Shown here: piece after piece, positions 27,817 to 37,271 of the stretch
How positions within the stretch are numbered: position 1 is the stretch's first letter
Layout of the letters: every line of letters starts with the position of its first letter
IMG/VR virus record: IMGVR_UViG_3300006201_000016
Location: 4,457 to 68,456 of that record
Source: a virus
DNA: 64,000 bases
Direction: 5' to 3' (one strand)
Program-made: the position numbers and the translations under genes
The notes under the pieces: model-generated
What the model was told of the DNA's origin: nothing
Database searches by the model: none
Seen by the model: only the letters and a program-made list of their open reading frames with translations

Positions 27817-28353
27817 TTATTCTATATCGTACCGTCTGCTTTTAGTCTCATACTCTCTTGCGTAGAGTTCTTTCATATCTGCGGCGTAATTGTCCTGCGC
27901 CTCGCTCTGATTGAGTGCAAGAGCGTGCTTACGTTTCACAAGCACCGTTTTTCCTCGTTTTATGACGCAGTTTTCGCCGTTTACTGAAACGAAGACATCC
28001 TGTGAATACTTATCATTGTCCTTAAAGAGTTTTACGGAAACTCTCTCTTCGAGATAATCGTCGGTATCCACAGTTTCAGGCTGCTCGCCGCTTGTCTGTG
28101 ACTGTTCCTTTGCCCCACCTATGATTTTTTCTGCTTCTGCCTTCGCGTTTTCGATTATTTCATTTGCGGTCTTTGCTGCCTCTTCTGTCTGCTTATTTAT
28201 TTTTTCTTCGGCTTCGGCTAATTTCTTCGCAAAATACTCTTCAAAGTCATAAGCCTGTTCTGCTCCGTTTGCGGTCTGTGTTGCCGCAGCATTATTTTTT
28301 GTATCACCCATAATAAACCTCCTGTTATGGTGAGTGGGATTTGCGTTTTGCAA
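27817..28353 (-). CDS. Virion-associated protein downstream of the capsid gene (phage B)
   Basis: VKLFKD...DVFVSVNG...IKRG motif; start probably 28311. Confidence 0.7.
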   Translation of the reverse strand: MQNANPTHHNRRFIMGDTKNNAAATQTANGAEQAYDFEEYFAKKLAEAEEKINKQTEEAAKTANEIIENAKAEAEKIIGGAKEQSQTSGEQPETVDTDDYLEERVSVKLFKDNDKYSQDVFVSVNGENCVIKRGKTVLVKRKHALALNQSEAQDNYAADMKELYAREYETKSRRYDIE

Positions 28354-28361
28354 ACCTTACA

Positions 28362-29624
28362 CTAATTTGCTCCGCTCTCGAATGTCGAAGCGGTTTCAAT
28401 TCTCAGAATAAACTGCTCAACAAGTCTTTCAGCAGTCTTCGTAGCCTTCCAGCCTACTGTTGCTCTCTGATTGAGCGGGTCTGCTGTTCCCGATGATCCA
28501 AGCTGCTTTACGATATGCTGTAATCCGCCGCCCTGAATCTCTGTAACGCCGTAAGCGTTATCGCCAATCATAAGCGTCGAATATACATCTCTGCCTTCCG
28601 CTCCTGCTTCACCTGGATAGATTATCGTTCCCGCAGTCGTAATAGTCGGTGCCTCCGTAAGCGTTATCTTTGCGCTTCCTGCGGCACCTGCTGCTGCACT
28701 TTCGATTTCGTTCGGAACACCACTGATTATTACGGTTCTTCCTGTCATCTTCGCAGCCTGTCCATCCGATATAGCCTCTGCTACTGTAACGACCTTGCCG
28801 CTCACCGATCCGATCTTGAGATTTCTCACAGCAGATGCGTTCTCTGTCTGCGGAAGAAGGTCATCAGCGTGCCATATCTTCGCTTCGGTCGTCTCTACAA
28901 ATCTGCAGCCGCCAAGTCTTCCGACTTCGCCCTCAAAAATCTGCTCGGAACCTGCATATTCCGCAGCTGAGATCCAGCGCTTGTCTTCCATAAGGTCGAA
29001 CAGCGTGTCAGGATGCGCTATTACTATGTAGTAGCCGTCAATCTTCTCAGCCTTCTGCACCTTGAGCGCTCTCACGCCTGTATTGATAGCCTTAACGGTG
29101 AGATAATTGCTGTTATCAACACCACCGACGAGCTTGTATCTCGCAGCCACATTACCCTCTCCGTATTGTACATTAGTACCGCCGTTGAGGACCTCTCTCG
29201 TAATCGTGTCAAGCGTTTCTCCCGCCTGATTTCCGAGCAGCTTCGTTGCCTGCACGAGATTGTTGTCTATAGCTGTAAGAATAAGCATATCCGAAACCTC
29301 GATGTAATCGCCGTACTGCTCTACGGTCGCCGTGAGTGCAGTTACATTGAGCTTCTTGCCTTCCGGAGTAACACCTTCTGTCAGCGGCGTGAGCGCCTTT
29401 ACAAGTGGAGTATATCTCCTAAACTCCACCGTCTTGCCTCTGCCCTTCGGAATCGGCACCTTCTGCCCGAACTGGTCGTGCACAAGTTTCGGCACGGCGT
29501 TGTCGATGAGGAAATCCGCATAAAAGGTTTTCATTTCCGGCGACAGTTCATTATCTGTTGTCACATTTGTGTTGTTGAACATCTGGAGGTTCAACATTAT
29601 TAAATCTTTGTTCATTTTCTTCAC
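28362..29624 (-). CDS. Major capsid protein, N4-gp56 family (phage B)
   Basis: IPKGRGKTVEFRR, PLTEGVTP, GSSGTADPLNQRATVGWK; N-terminal LNLQMF motif. Confidence 0.92.
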   Translation of the reverse strand: MKKMNKDLIMLNLQMFNNTNVTTDNELSPEMKTFYADFLIDNAVPKLVHDQFGQKVPIPKGRGKTVEFRRYTPLVKALTPLTEGVTPEGKKLNVTALTATVEQYGDYIEVSDMLILTAIDNNLVQATKLLGNQAGETLDTITREVLNGGTNVQYGEGNVAARYKLVGGVDNSNYLTVKAINTGVRALKVQKAEKIDGYYIVIAHPDTLFDLMEDKRWISAAEYAGSEQIFEGEVGRLGGCRFVETTEAKIWHADDLLPQTENASAVRNLKIGSVSGKVVTVAEAISDGQAAKMTGRTVIISGVPNEIESAAAGAAGSAKITLTEAPTITTAGTIIYPGEAGAEGRDVYSTLMIGDNAYGVTEIQGGGLQHIVKQLGSSGTADPLNQRATVGWKATKTAERLVEQFILRIETASTFESGAN

Positions 29625-29644
29625 CTCTCCGCTATTGCAAAGGG

Positions 29645-30604
29645 TTAGAATACAATCTGTTCTCCCCTTGCAACTCTTATTGCAATTTCTCTTCTATCGG
29701 CAGGAGTGAGTTTTGAGACATCGCTCTTTACATTTATTGCTGACTGAGAGCCGAGACCATTTTCTGCCGGGCGTGACTGCCCTGCTCTTATAGAATCGGC
29801 AACCTTCTTTTCGGCTGCTGCGGCTGCTTTCTTCTGCTCGTCGTCGAAATGAACAACCTTGTATGCTGACTCCATCTCGACGCCTCGCGATATGAGGTCG
29901 ACAAAATCTTTATTCTTGCACTCTTCCGCAAGGTCAAATCCTTCGATTTTTCCCTTGAGTACTTCTGCTTCTCTTGTCCAGCCGTCATAGATCTGTCTTA
30001 TAGCGTTATCTCTCTGCTGTGCTTCTGCCTGCGCGCGGAATGTGGCATTCTCAAGCTCCATTCTGCGCATCTGCTTTGCCTGTTCTATGGTAAGTCCCTG
30101 TTCATCGGCTACACGCTGCCAATAATCATTGTCATTGTCCATTGCTTCAAGCAGCTTCTGATAATTTCCGTCGGTAATTCCGTATCTCTGCATTACTTCA
30201 TTCAGTAATGCGTCTCTCTCCTTGGATTTTCTTTCCGCCGCCTTATTTTCCTTAAAGCGCTCGTTAATGATGCCTTGAACTCTTTTGCCAAACAGGTCTT
30301 TGAATCTGCCGTTTATAATCTCTTCGAACTCTTCTGCTGTCGGAGGTGTTTCAACATTCCCCTCTTCTGCGCTATCAGACTGCTGACCTGCCCCTTCTGG
30401 CTGTTTTCCATACAGGACTTTTTCTGTCCCCTTGCCGTTTGAGGACTGTGTTTGAGATGCGGCACTTGCTCCCTCGCCTCCTGCTGCCTGAGCCGCAGCA
30501 CCACCGCCTGCACCTGCTCCGTCGAACAACATAAGGTTTATCTCTGGGATATTTCTTAAACTATTCATTTTTTCTCTCCTCTCATCGTCTTTCCGAAGTG
30601 TCAT
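29645..30604 (-). CDS. Capsid scaffolding protein (phage B)
   Basis: INLMLFD N-terminal motif, RPAENG, coiled-coil; start probably 30568. Confidence 0.75.
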   Translation of the reverse strand: MTLRKDDERREKMNSLRNIPEINLMLFDGAGAGGGAAAQAAGGEGASAASQTQSSNGKGTEKVLYGKQPEGAGQQSDSAEEGNVETPPTAEEFEEIINGRFKDLFGKRVQGIINERFKENKAAERKSKERDALLNEVMQRYGITDGNYQKLLEAMDNDNDYWQRVADEQGLTIEQAKQMRRMELENATFRAQAEAQQRDNAIRQIYDGWTREAEVLKGKIEGFDLAEECKNKDFVDLISRGVEMESAYKVVHFDDEQKKAAAAAEKKVADSIRAGQSRPAENGLGSQSAINVKSDVSKLTPADRREIAIRVARGEQIVF

Positions 30605-30632
30605 CTATTTTCTTTATATCAAAGTTTGAAGA

Positions 30633-30646
30633 AAAAGTAGACGAAA
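30633..30646 (-). promoter_or_regulatory. Late-promoter motif TTTCGTCTACTTTT
   Basis: Same 14-mer at 34927 and 62759, each upstream of a structural gene and a -10-like hexamer. Confidence 0.65.
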
Positions 30647-30661
30647 ATTATAAAAAATTTT

Positions 30662-30979
30662 TTACGCTATGATTGAAAGGTTCTCAGGGTACTTTTCAGC
30701 AATGCGGCTCAAGGTATTCACTGCCGCATTGTATATAGCTCCGCAGATAATCTCTCCCCTTTCGTGCTTTGATACAGCTTTTATTCTCGCTTTGCCGTTG
30801 TCAAACTCCCACTCAAAATCTATATAGTCACTTTCTGCGGCAAGTCCGTCAACGATAAGGTTTGCTACTGTGCTTATGGCAGAACATACTATATCCTTTC
30901 CTGTTTCGGCATAATTAGCGTGCCCGTCAAATTCTATATCAAAATTACGCTCATCTTGCTTATATGTTACCTTCGTCAT
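30662..30979 (-). CDS. prp: Ribosomal-processing cysteine protease Prp family (phage-encoded)
   Basis: GHANY...GKDIVCSAIS catalytic His/Cys; YPEN C-terminus. Confidence 0.9.
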   Translation of the reverse strand: MTKVTYKQDERNFDIEFDGHANYAETGKDIVCSAISTVANLIVDGLAAESDYIDFEWEFDNGKARIKAVSKHERGEIICGAIYNAAVNTLSRIAEKYPENLSIIA

Positions 30980-32960
30980 TCACGCTCACCCTCGCCCTTT
31001 CCTGTAATCTTGCTCCGTACGGTGTTGTCGCGTTTTGAAGTGCTCCGTCCATTCCTGCAGTCAAATCGGATCCGAGAACTCTCCCTGTGCTCGGTGTCGT
31101 TCCCGCTTGCGGCGCGTTCATCTGCTGTATCATTGCCATTTGCTCTGACGACGGCATACTTCCCATAGCGCCGTCTGTAACCTGATGCAGTTGCATATTC
31201 ACAATAGCAAGCTGTACAGTAAGCTGCTTTACCGTTTCGAGCAGCGTCCTGTTTTTGCTGATTTTCTCTACGAGCGCATCTTTGCCCTCAAAGTCCATCA
31301 TTGAAAGCAGAATAAGCGCCTGATCTGCATTGTCAGGTACAAAAACGCCCATATGATAGAGCTCTTTTGCTGTCTCATTCTGTGCCATTCTACTAAATGG
31401 ATTGCTTCTCTGCGGCTTTACCTTAATATCAAACACAGGCATCCTGAATGTCGGCGTGCCACTTGCTTGTAATCCGGTCTGCTGCATAGCAATGTTTTTA
31501 TTCGAATAGCTCACATAGTCAAACGCTTCGCCTTCACCGATTATTCTGAACGTTCTCTCCACATCATAGAACTGCCTTATCATCTCTATTGCGAAGTAGT
31601 TAATCTCTGTGTATGCATCATATGATAACGCAAGCATATCTCTTGACAGCTTATTTCCTGCCTCTTGCAGAGCCGATATCGCCGCTGCAGCCGTAACTCC
31701 ACTCGCAGCAGAGCCTTGATTGACATCACGGTTACCCGAAGTTTCCTTGAGCTCGTCAACCTTAAACGACATAAAGTTGAATGCCATACCGTCAAGAGGC
31801 TTGTCCTCTATCAGCTTAAAGTTTCCGTCCAGTGTCCCCGTTGCGTCCACGAGGTCGTTTGAAAGGTCTCTGAACTGCTCCTTATTAACACCGCTGTTTT
31901 CCTTGTACAGATACCTTGCGCGTGATGTCCTCGCCACATTCTCGGCGATAATCTGATTGAGCTTGTCTATGTATGTCTGCGAGTCCTTGCAGAGGTCTAC
32001 ATATCCAAATCCGAACGGCGTACCTTCTTCCGGGAAGAGCACATCGAATACGACAGGGTATTTTCCGTGGTCGTACCAGCCTCGTTCTGCATAATCAGGG
32101 TCGTTTTCCGATGCGTAAAGTATAGTCTCGCCCACATACTGCACTCTGTGGAGTATTGTTCGCCCGCCTACCTTACGCTTGTAGTACCAGTCCACAACAA
32201 CGCTTTTATCTGTCGTGTCAATAGTATCGTCGAATTTGTATTCTGCAACATCTATTGTTTTTACGCCTGTCTTGAGATCTTTGACATCAGGATATTCGGA
32301 CTTGATAGCATCATTGTCCTTGAGTGCCACAATAAAAAGGTTTTGTGAGTCTTGGATATCACGCACGCCTGGTTCCCAAAATATATTGAGCAGATCTATC
32401 TGCTTGACCGAAATATCGCCGAGACCATTTTCAAACCCGTTATCCCAAAAGATACCGTACACCGCGGTCCCGTGCTTTAGCTTATACCACCACGCATCTG
32501 AATACACGCGCTTGAACTTGTTGCGCTCGAAGATTACCGGAAGTATCGCTGATAATGTATTTGCTTCCTGCTCGTCGTTACGCTCCCTCGGAAGCACATT
32601 CGGCTCAGGGTAATTATCCATAGCGTCAGCGTGTTTATTAAAAATAGAGTTGAACATCCACCCTGATGCAGGCTCTATTCTCTCACTTGCATTCTTGCCG
32701 GAGTTATATTTATTCCTCACAAACTCCCAGTGCCGCATCTTATACCACTGCTCGTTCTCAACGATGCGCTTTTCGAGTGACTCTTTGCCCTCTTTGTACT
32801 TCTTCATTGTCGCTGTCGCATCGGCTATTTCTTTTTTCGTTATCTTGTCTACTCCTGTCTCAGTTTCAGCAGGTGCGCTTCCTTCGGGAGGTATTAAGCT
32901 TTCTTGCGGATTTACCACCGGCGCCATTTTTCTCAGCTCTTCATTGTTTATCACTGCCAC
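30960..32960 (-). CDS. Portal protein (phage B)
   Basis: 666 aa; KHGTAVYGIFWD and GVTAAAAISALQEAG motifs; follows terL. Confidence 0.85.
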   Translation of the reverse strand: MAVINNEELRKMAPVVNPQESLIPPEGSAPAETETGVDKITKKEIADATATMKKYKEGKESLEKRIVENEQWYKMRHWEFVRNKYNSGKNASERIEPASGWMFNSIFNKHADAMDNYPEPNVLPRERNDEQEANTLSAILPVIFERNKFKRVYSDAWWYKLKHGTAVYGIFWDNGFENGLGDISVKQIDLLNIFWEPGVRDIQDSQNLFIVALKDNDAIKSEYPDVKDLKTGVKTIDVAEYKFDDTIDTTDKSVVVDWYYKRKVGGRTILHRVQYVGETILYASENDPDYAERGWYDHGKYPVVFDVLFPEEGTPFGFGYVDLCKDSQTYIDKLNQIIAENVARTSRARYLYKENSGVNKEQFRDLSNDLVDATGTLDGNFKLIEDKPLDGMAFNFMSFKVDELKETSGNRDVNQGSAASGVTAAAAISALQEAGNKLSRDMLALSYDAYTEINYFAIEMIRQFYDVERTFRIIGEGEAFDYVSYSNKNIAMQQTGLQASGTPTFRMPVFDIKVKPQRSNPFSRMAQNETAKELYHMGVFVPDNADQALILLSMMDFEGKDALVEKISKNRTLLETVKQLTVQLAIVNMQLHQVTDGAMGSMPSSEQMAMIQQMNAPQAGTTPSTGRVLGSDLTAGMDGALQNATTPYGARLQERARVSVNDEGNI

Positions 32961-32976
32961 TTGTCCGTTCTCCTTT

Positions 32977-34422
32977 CTATCTGTTCAAATAATCAAATTT
33001 GTTATATACATACGAGCTCTTGTGCAGATCAAGAGGATCATCGAGGACTATCTCTCGCTGTTTCTCCATTCTCGGAGCAATCGGATTTTCCATACACACA
33101 TATCGCCACTCGTCATATATATGGTCTTCCATCTTCGTGTCCACATCTTCGGGATTGTGCTCGGAATATTTTAAAAGCGGGATTGTCCTTATAAAATTCT
33201 TGCAGGTTGAGAAGACATAAAACATCGGTATACCGTTATCGTCAAACGCAAGCCTGTAATGACACTGCATCTTCCCTGCCATTCGTGTATTGTCCGCAGG
33301 CTCAAAGTAAACACGGTATCGTTCCATCATTGCCGCCACACTCTCACCCCTGCTTTCATCGAATATTGATGGATCGGCGATACCTATGATTCGTCTGCTG
33401 TGCAAGTTATCGTCCTCGTCCTCTATTCGCGCTATCTCTTCTGCTATTCTATTCGGTGACCACTTAAGACCCTCGTCAGGCTCTCCTGTACAGCCGTAGA
33501 GCTCTCTTATGCGATACAGTCTGCCGTCGTGATCTGCAGCATACCAGCCGACGGAAAAAGGCTTGCTGTATCCAAAATCGAAGCCCCTATATATAAGCCA
33601 CTCTTTCGGTATCCTGAACGGTGCAATTACATTGCTGCCTATTCTGTCATCGTAATGCTCGACATCGTCTATAAACTCCTCGAACACCTGCCCGCCGTCA
33701 ATTCCCCAGTTGCCGAGCCCTGCCACAAGATAACGCTTCGGATTTTCAATCTTCATCGTTTCAAACATCTTGCGGTCGGCGTCATCAAGCCATTCGTTAC
33801 ACATATAATTCGTCGTCATTGCGAGGATATCAGGCGTTTCGGGTGCGTCGAAAAACCTTTTCTTGCCCCAGAAGCTCTCGCTCCACGGATTAAATGTGAG
33901 AGTAAGCTGTTTGAATAGTCCTGTTTCATCAGGAATTTCGCCTCTGATTGATTCGTCAATCATATTGAAATCGGATTCTTTCTCAATCTCATATGCTTCT
34001 TCAATCCACGCCCAGCAAAGATATCCTTTTTCTACTGTTACCGACGCGATTCTGAGTGGATCGTCAAGCCCTCGAAATAAAATCTTTTGCCCTGTCGGCA
34101 TATATGTAGCCTCAAGCGGAGAGACTGTAAACTTCCACTTGTCAGCAACTCGCAAACGATTTGCCGCCCACTTGAGGTCTGTCCAGCAGCTATCCTTGAG
34201 AGTATTAAACACGCGCCTCACAACGAGCAGATTTGCGTCCGGATATTTCATCATATGGACGATGAACCATAGTGCTGTCGTCTTTGACTTCTTGCTTGCT
34301 CTGCTGCCTTTTATGACCCTGTATCGACCTCTGAAACGCCAAAACTTCCCATAGCCTTTACCGACAACATCAGGCAGTCTCACGCGTATCTCGTTAGTCT
34401 TCAATATCGTCAACCCCTTCAA
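32977..34422 (-). CDS. terL: Terminase large subunit, PBSX-like (phage B)
   Basis: KGSRASKKS, WIEEA, TFNPW, GFDFG, DHIYDEWRY. Confidence 0.95.
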   Translation of the reverse strand: MKGLTILKTNEIRVRLPDVVGKGYGKFWRFRGRYRVIKGSRASKKSKTTALWFIVHMMKYPDANLLVVRRVFNTLKDSCWTDLKWAANRLRVADKWKFTVSPLEATYMPTGQKILFRGLDDPLRIASVTVEKGYLCWAWIEEAYEIEKESDFNMIDESIRGEIPDETGLFKQLTLTFNPWSESFWGKKRFFDAPETPDILAMTTNYMCNEWLDDADRKMFETMKIENPKRYLVAGLGNWGIDGGQVFEEFIDDVEHYDDRIGSNVIAPFRIPKEWLIYRGFDFGYSKPFSVGWYAADHDGRLYRIRELYGCTGEPDEGLKWSPNRIAEEIARIEDEDDNLHSRRIIGIADPSIFDESRGESVAAMMERYRVYFEPADNTRMAGKMQCHYRLAFDDNGIPMFYVFSTCKNFIRTIPLLKYSEHNPEDVDTKMEDHIYDEWRYVCMENPIAPRMEKQREIVLDDPLDLHKSSYVYNKFDYLNR

Positions 34423-34885
34423 ACACGACTGTCCTTATGCCCTCGACATCGAGCTTATCTGTGAACAGGCTGTATCTCTTTCCGAGAAGCTCAGCAGCCT
34501 TGTTCGCGTCCGAAAGCTTGGCGGGTATCTCAACGATTTCCGCAGTCTCTTCTTTTACCGTCTGTTTGCGCATCGTTCCGTTTTCGTCCGGAACATATGC
34601 AGAATGCTCTTTTGTCATAGTAACAACGATGCTCTCTTTGTATTCTCTGCGCATCACTGCTGTCAGGTATCTCATCACTTCTTCGGCGTTCGCAATGCTT
34701 GCACTGCTCATTTTGGCGAGTTTTTCGTCTATATATTCCCGAATCAGAGGTTTTGAGAGGTTTTCTGATCCAATCCTCTGCGCCGTCTTCTCGCTGTATC
34801 CTGCCCGAATTGCCGCCTGCGTTGCGTTGCAGTCAATCAAATACTCTTCTGCAAATCGTCTCTGCTTGTCCGTCAATTTATCCAT
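34394..34885 (-). CDS. terS: Terminase small subunit
   Basis: LTDKQRRFAEEY..D.NATQAAIRAGYS. Confidence 0.95.
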   Translation of the reverse strand: MDKLTDKQRRFAEEYLIDCNATQAAIRAGYSEKTAQRIGSENLSKPLIREYIDEKLAKMSSASIANAEEVMRYLTAVMRREYKESIVVTMTKEHSAYVPDENGTMRKQTVKEETAEIVEIPAKLSDANKAAELLGKRYSLFTDKLDVEGIRTVVFEGVDDIED

Positions 34886-34926
34886 ACCGTCTACCTCCTT
34901 TATTTCACGCTATCATATTTTTTCAG

Positions 34927-34970
34927 AAAAGTAGACGAAAGACCGTGCCTATATTGACACGGTCTTTTTC
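34927..34970 (-). promoter_or_regulatory. Early-operon terminator overlapping the late-promoter motif
   Basis: AAAGACCGTG...CACGGTCTTT hairpin; TTTCGTCTACTTTT followed by TATGAT upstream of terS. Confidence 0.65.
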
Positions 34971-34983
34971 AACTATTATTTTT

Positions 34984-35190
34984 CTACCCCGCTATGTACT
35001 GTATGATATTTGCAGCCGACTGAACAGCAAGGCAGGCGCAGGTTAATTTGATAACCCCTATAATAATCCCTGCTATTATAATCGTCCCGATCCCAGCTTC
35101 GGGATCTCTTTCTATTTTCACATTACTGAATGCAACAAAGCTGCACACCACAAGTTTAATTATATCCGCTGTCATATTTCCATCCTGCAA
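34984..35190 (-). CDS. Small membrane protein
   Basis: Hydrophobic ORF at the end of the early operon. Confidence 0.5.
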   Translation of the reverse strand: MQDGNMTADIIKLVVCSFVAFSNVKIERDPEAGIGTIIIAGIIIGVIKLTCACLAVQSAANIIQYIAG

Positions 35191-35192
35191 AG

Positions 35193-35498
35193 TTAAAATC
35201 CTATAAGGTCAATTCCTGTCTTTTCTTTTATGTTGTCACGCATCGCATTTATAGAAATTAGATGATCGTCAAGGTATCCGGCATACCGCTCCACTCTGAC
35301 GGCAATGTTTGCGACTGCATCCGCATCTATCCTCAGCTCGTCAGCGGTTGCCGCCAGCGTGAGAAGGATCGCCTTTGCCGTTGTCTCTGCCGCAATCTTT
35401 TCTTTCACCTTGTCAAGCTGCTTGTCCGATAAACAATACTTTGCGCTTCTGTTACGCTTGCTCATGCTCATTCTCCTTCCACTTCCTGCATGAGCCAT
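35193..35498 (-). CDS. Hypothetical phage protein
   Basis: IKEKTGI C-terminus; coupled ORF. Confidence 0.6.
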   Translation of the reverse strand: MAHAGSGRRMSMSKRNRSAKYCLSDKQLDKVKEKIAAETTAKAILLTLAATADELRIDADAVANIAVRVERYAGYLDDHLISINAMRDNIKEKTGIDLIGF

Positions 35499-35833
35499 TG
35501 TTTTATACCGCCACTACAATCAACTCCGCCACAATCTTCTAATGAGTAACAACATGTGATACAATCACTTGACCAGTTTACATCACCTATCCATTCTGCC
35601 ATTTCCTCAACGCTCATCTGCTTTATCCTCTCAAAACGGGTCATCTTCTTCTGTGCAAAATCTGCGCAATTCTTGTAATCTCCCGTCGTTGACAGCGGCT
35701 TTGTGCAGCTGTTGCGCTTTGCGCATTCTTTACAATTCGTCATAATCCACCTCAAATATCTCTCCGCAATCGCTCGGCACAAACTCATATATACTATCAA
35801 ACTCTTTGCGGCTGTTTGCACCGCATCCGTCAC
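35468..35833 (-). CDS. Cys-rich hypothetical protein
   Basis: MTRFERIKQMSVEEMAEW...IKQWL motif; start probably 35743. Confidence 0.6.
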   Translation of the reverse strand: MTDAVQTAAKSLIVYMSLCRAIAERYLRWIMTNCKECAKRNSCTKPLSTTGDYKNCADFAQKKMTRFERIKQMSVEEMAEWIGDVNWSSDCITCCYSLEDCGGVDCSGGIKQWLMQEVEGE

Positions 35834-36197
35834 CAGTTTGAAGATTCATATAATGAACTGTACCGTCTTCACTTACCCATAAACTGTCATGCTTGTCCAT
35901 TCCAATTTTATGTACTTTGTTGTCTATCTTATCATGTACATATATGTCGCAAATTGTTCTGTGTTTCATCTCAATGGTCTGCGCTTCCTGCTCAAAGACT
36001 TTCGCTCTTATATTGTATAGTTTAGCCTTTCTTTTAAGTGCTTTAATTCTTTTTGCACTTTCATAAATCCCAAGCCCCATTCGGATCATCGCTACTATAC
36101 AGGCAACAATTATTGTCATAAGCACAACAGCATATAAAATGTCTATTATAATTGTCATTGTTTCGTTATTCATTTTCTTCCTCCTGTATCTTTGCAA
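35730..36197 (-). CDS. Hypothetical membrane-anchored protein
   Basis: N-terminal TM; HDSL...YMNLQTGDG domain. Confidence 0.6.
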   Translation of the reverse strand: MQRYRRKKMNNETMTIIIDILYAVVLMTIIVACIVAMIRMGLGIYESAKRIKALKRKAKLYNIRAKVFEQEAQTIEMKHRTICDIYVHDKIDNKVHKIGMDKHDSLWVSEDGTVHYMNLQTGDGCGANSRKEFDSIYEFVPSDCGEIFEVDYDEL

Positions 36198-36658
36198 CTC
36201 GTTCTTCGCTCATAGCGATGTATGCGGCATTGATATCGATACCTATACATTTTCGCCCGTTTTTAATTGCTACTGCGGCCGTAGTACCACTACCATTAAA
36301 CGGGTCAAGTACCGTTCCACCCTTCGGACACCCTGCAAGTATACACGGCTCTATCAACTTTTCGGGGAATGTAGCAAAATGCGCTCCCTTGTATCCTTTT
36401 GTCGAAACGATCCATACATCGCGTTTGTTTCTCAGTCCTGTTGCGTTCTCTATATTGCCGTGACTCTCACGCTCTGCAGATGCTGAATTATTGAACGCCG
36501 TATTGTTCGTATACGCGCCGCCACCTCTGAATGTTCGTGCGTTTCCTTTCCTGCGCCCTGCATTCATCTGCCCAATTACCCCCTCGCTACCTCTTGGAGA
36601 AGTCTTGTCAAATCCTACTGCCGACTCTTTGATTGCTTCGTAGTCGAAGTAATATTTG
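36166..36658 (-). pseudogene. N4/N6 DNA methyltransferase, C-terminal remnant
   Basis: YYFDYEAIKE, RNKRDVW, AHFATFP, VLDPF.GSGTT retained; N-terminal catalytic motif and start codon missing. Confidence 0.8.
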
Positions 36659-36675
36659 TTCCTCCTAAAACATTC

Positions 36676-36933
36676 TCATCTATATTCTTTCTCCTTGTAA
36701 ACATAGCTTCTTCCTTTGCCATAAACAACAATTGACCCCTTACTTTCATAATCTCTTATAATGCTTTTTGGATCTTTCTTAATTTCAATAGCATATTGCC
36801 GCACTGCCTTAATCGGGGATTTAGCATAAATATATATGTCATCCGCAAAAACCCCTTTATTAAGATCTGATATGCGATATTTGGTATCCACCGTTTTGGC
36901 TCCTGTCGAATATTTATTTAACTCATATTTCAT
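36676..36933 (-). CDS. Hypothetical protein
   Basis: AT-rich ORF between the two methyltransferase remnants. Confidence 0.55.
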   Translation of the reverse strand: MKYELNKYSTGAKTVDTKYRISDLNKGVFADDIYIYAKSPIKAVRQYAIEIKKDPKSIIRDYESKGSIVVYGKGRSYVYKEKEYR

Positions 36934-37217
36934 TGTCTTTCTCCAGTCTTCTGCCTATTTCATAAATGACATCTACTGTCACACCGTTTCCAGCCTGTTT
37001 ATATAATTGACTATCTGAATTGACCGCTTGTGCGCAATCAAAATATTTATCTTCCCAGCCCTGCAAGCGAAAACACTGTTACCGTGTGCATCATACGGTA
37101 GCTTGCGCTTGCGAATTTATCTATCTCGCAGTAGCCAACACATTTATGCCCTGCCGTTTCAAGGCCTTTTCTAAATCCTCCAATGCCTGCAAAGAAATCT
37201 ATGAATGTTAAACTCAT
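36923..37217 (-). pseudogene. dcm: C5 cytosine methyltransferase with internal deletion
   Basis: Motif I DFFAGIGG joined out of frame to CFRLQG...YKQAGNGV (motifs IX-X); catalytic PC motif absent. Confidence 0.85.
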
Positions 37218-37271
37218 CTCTTCCTCGCTTTCTTTATCCGCGCGGCCGTTATGACCGCGCGGTATAGTCAA

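Noticed and set aside
37236-37264. CCGCGCGG hairpin as a mobile-element end
   Set aside because: Single isolated hairpin with no partner copy or transposase
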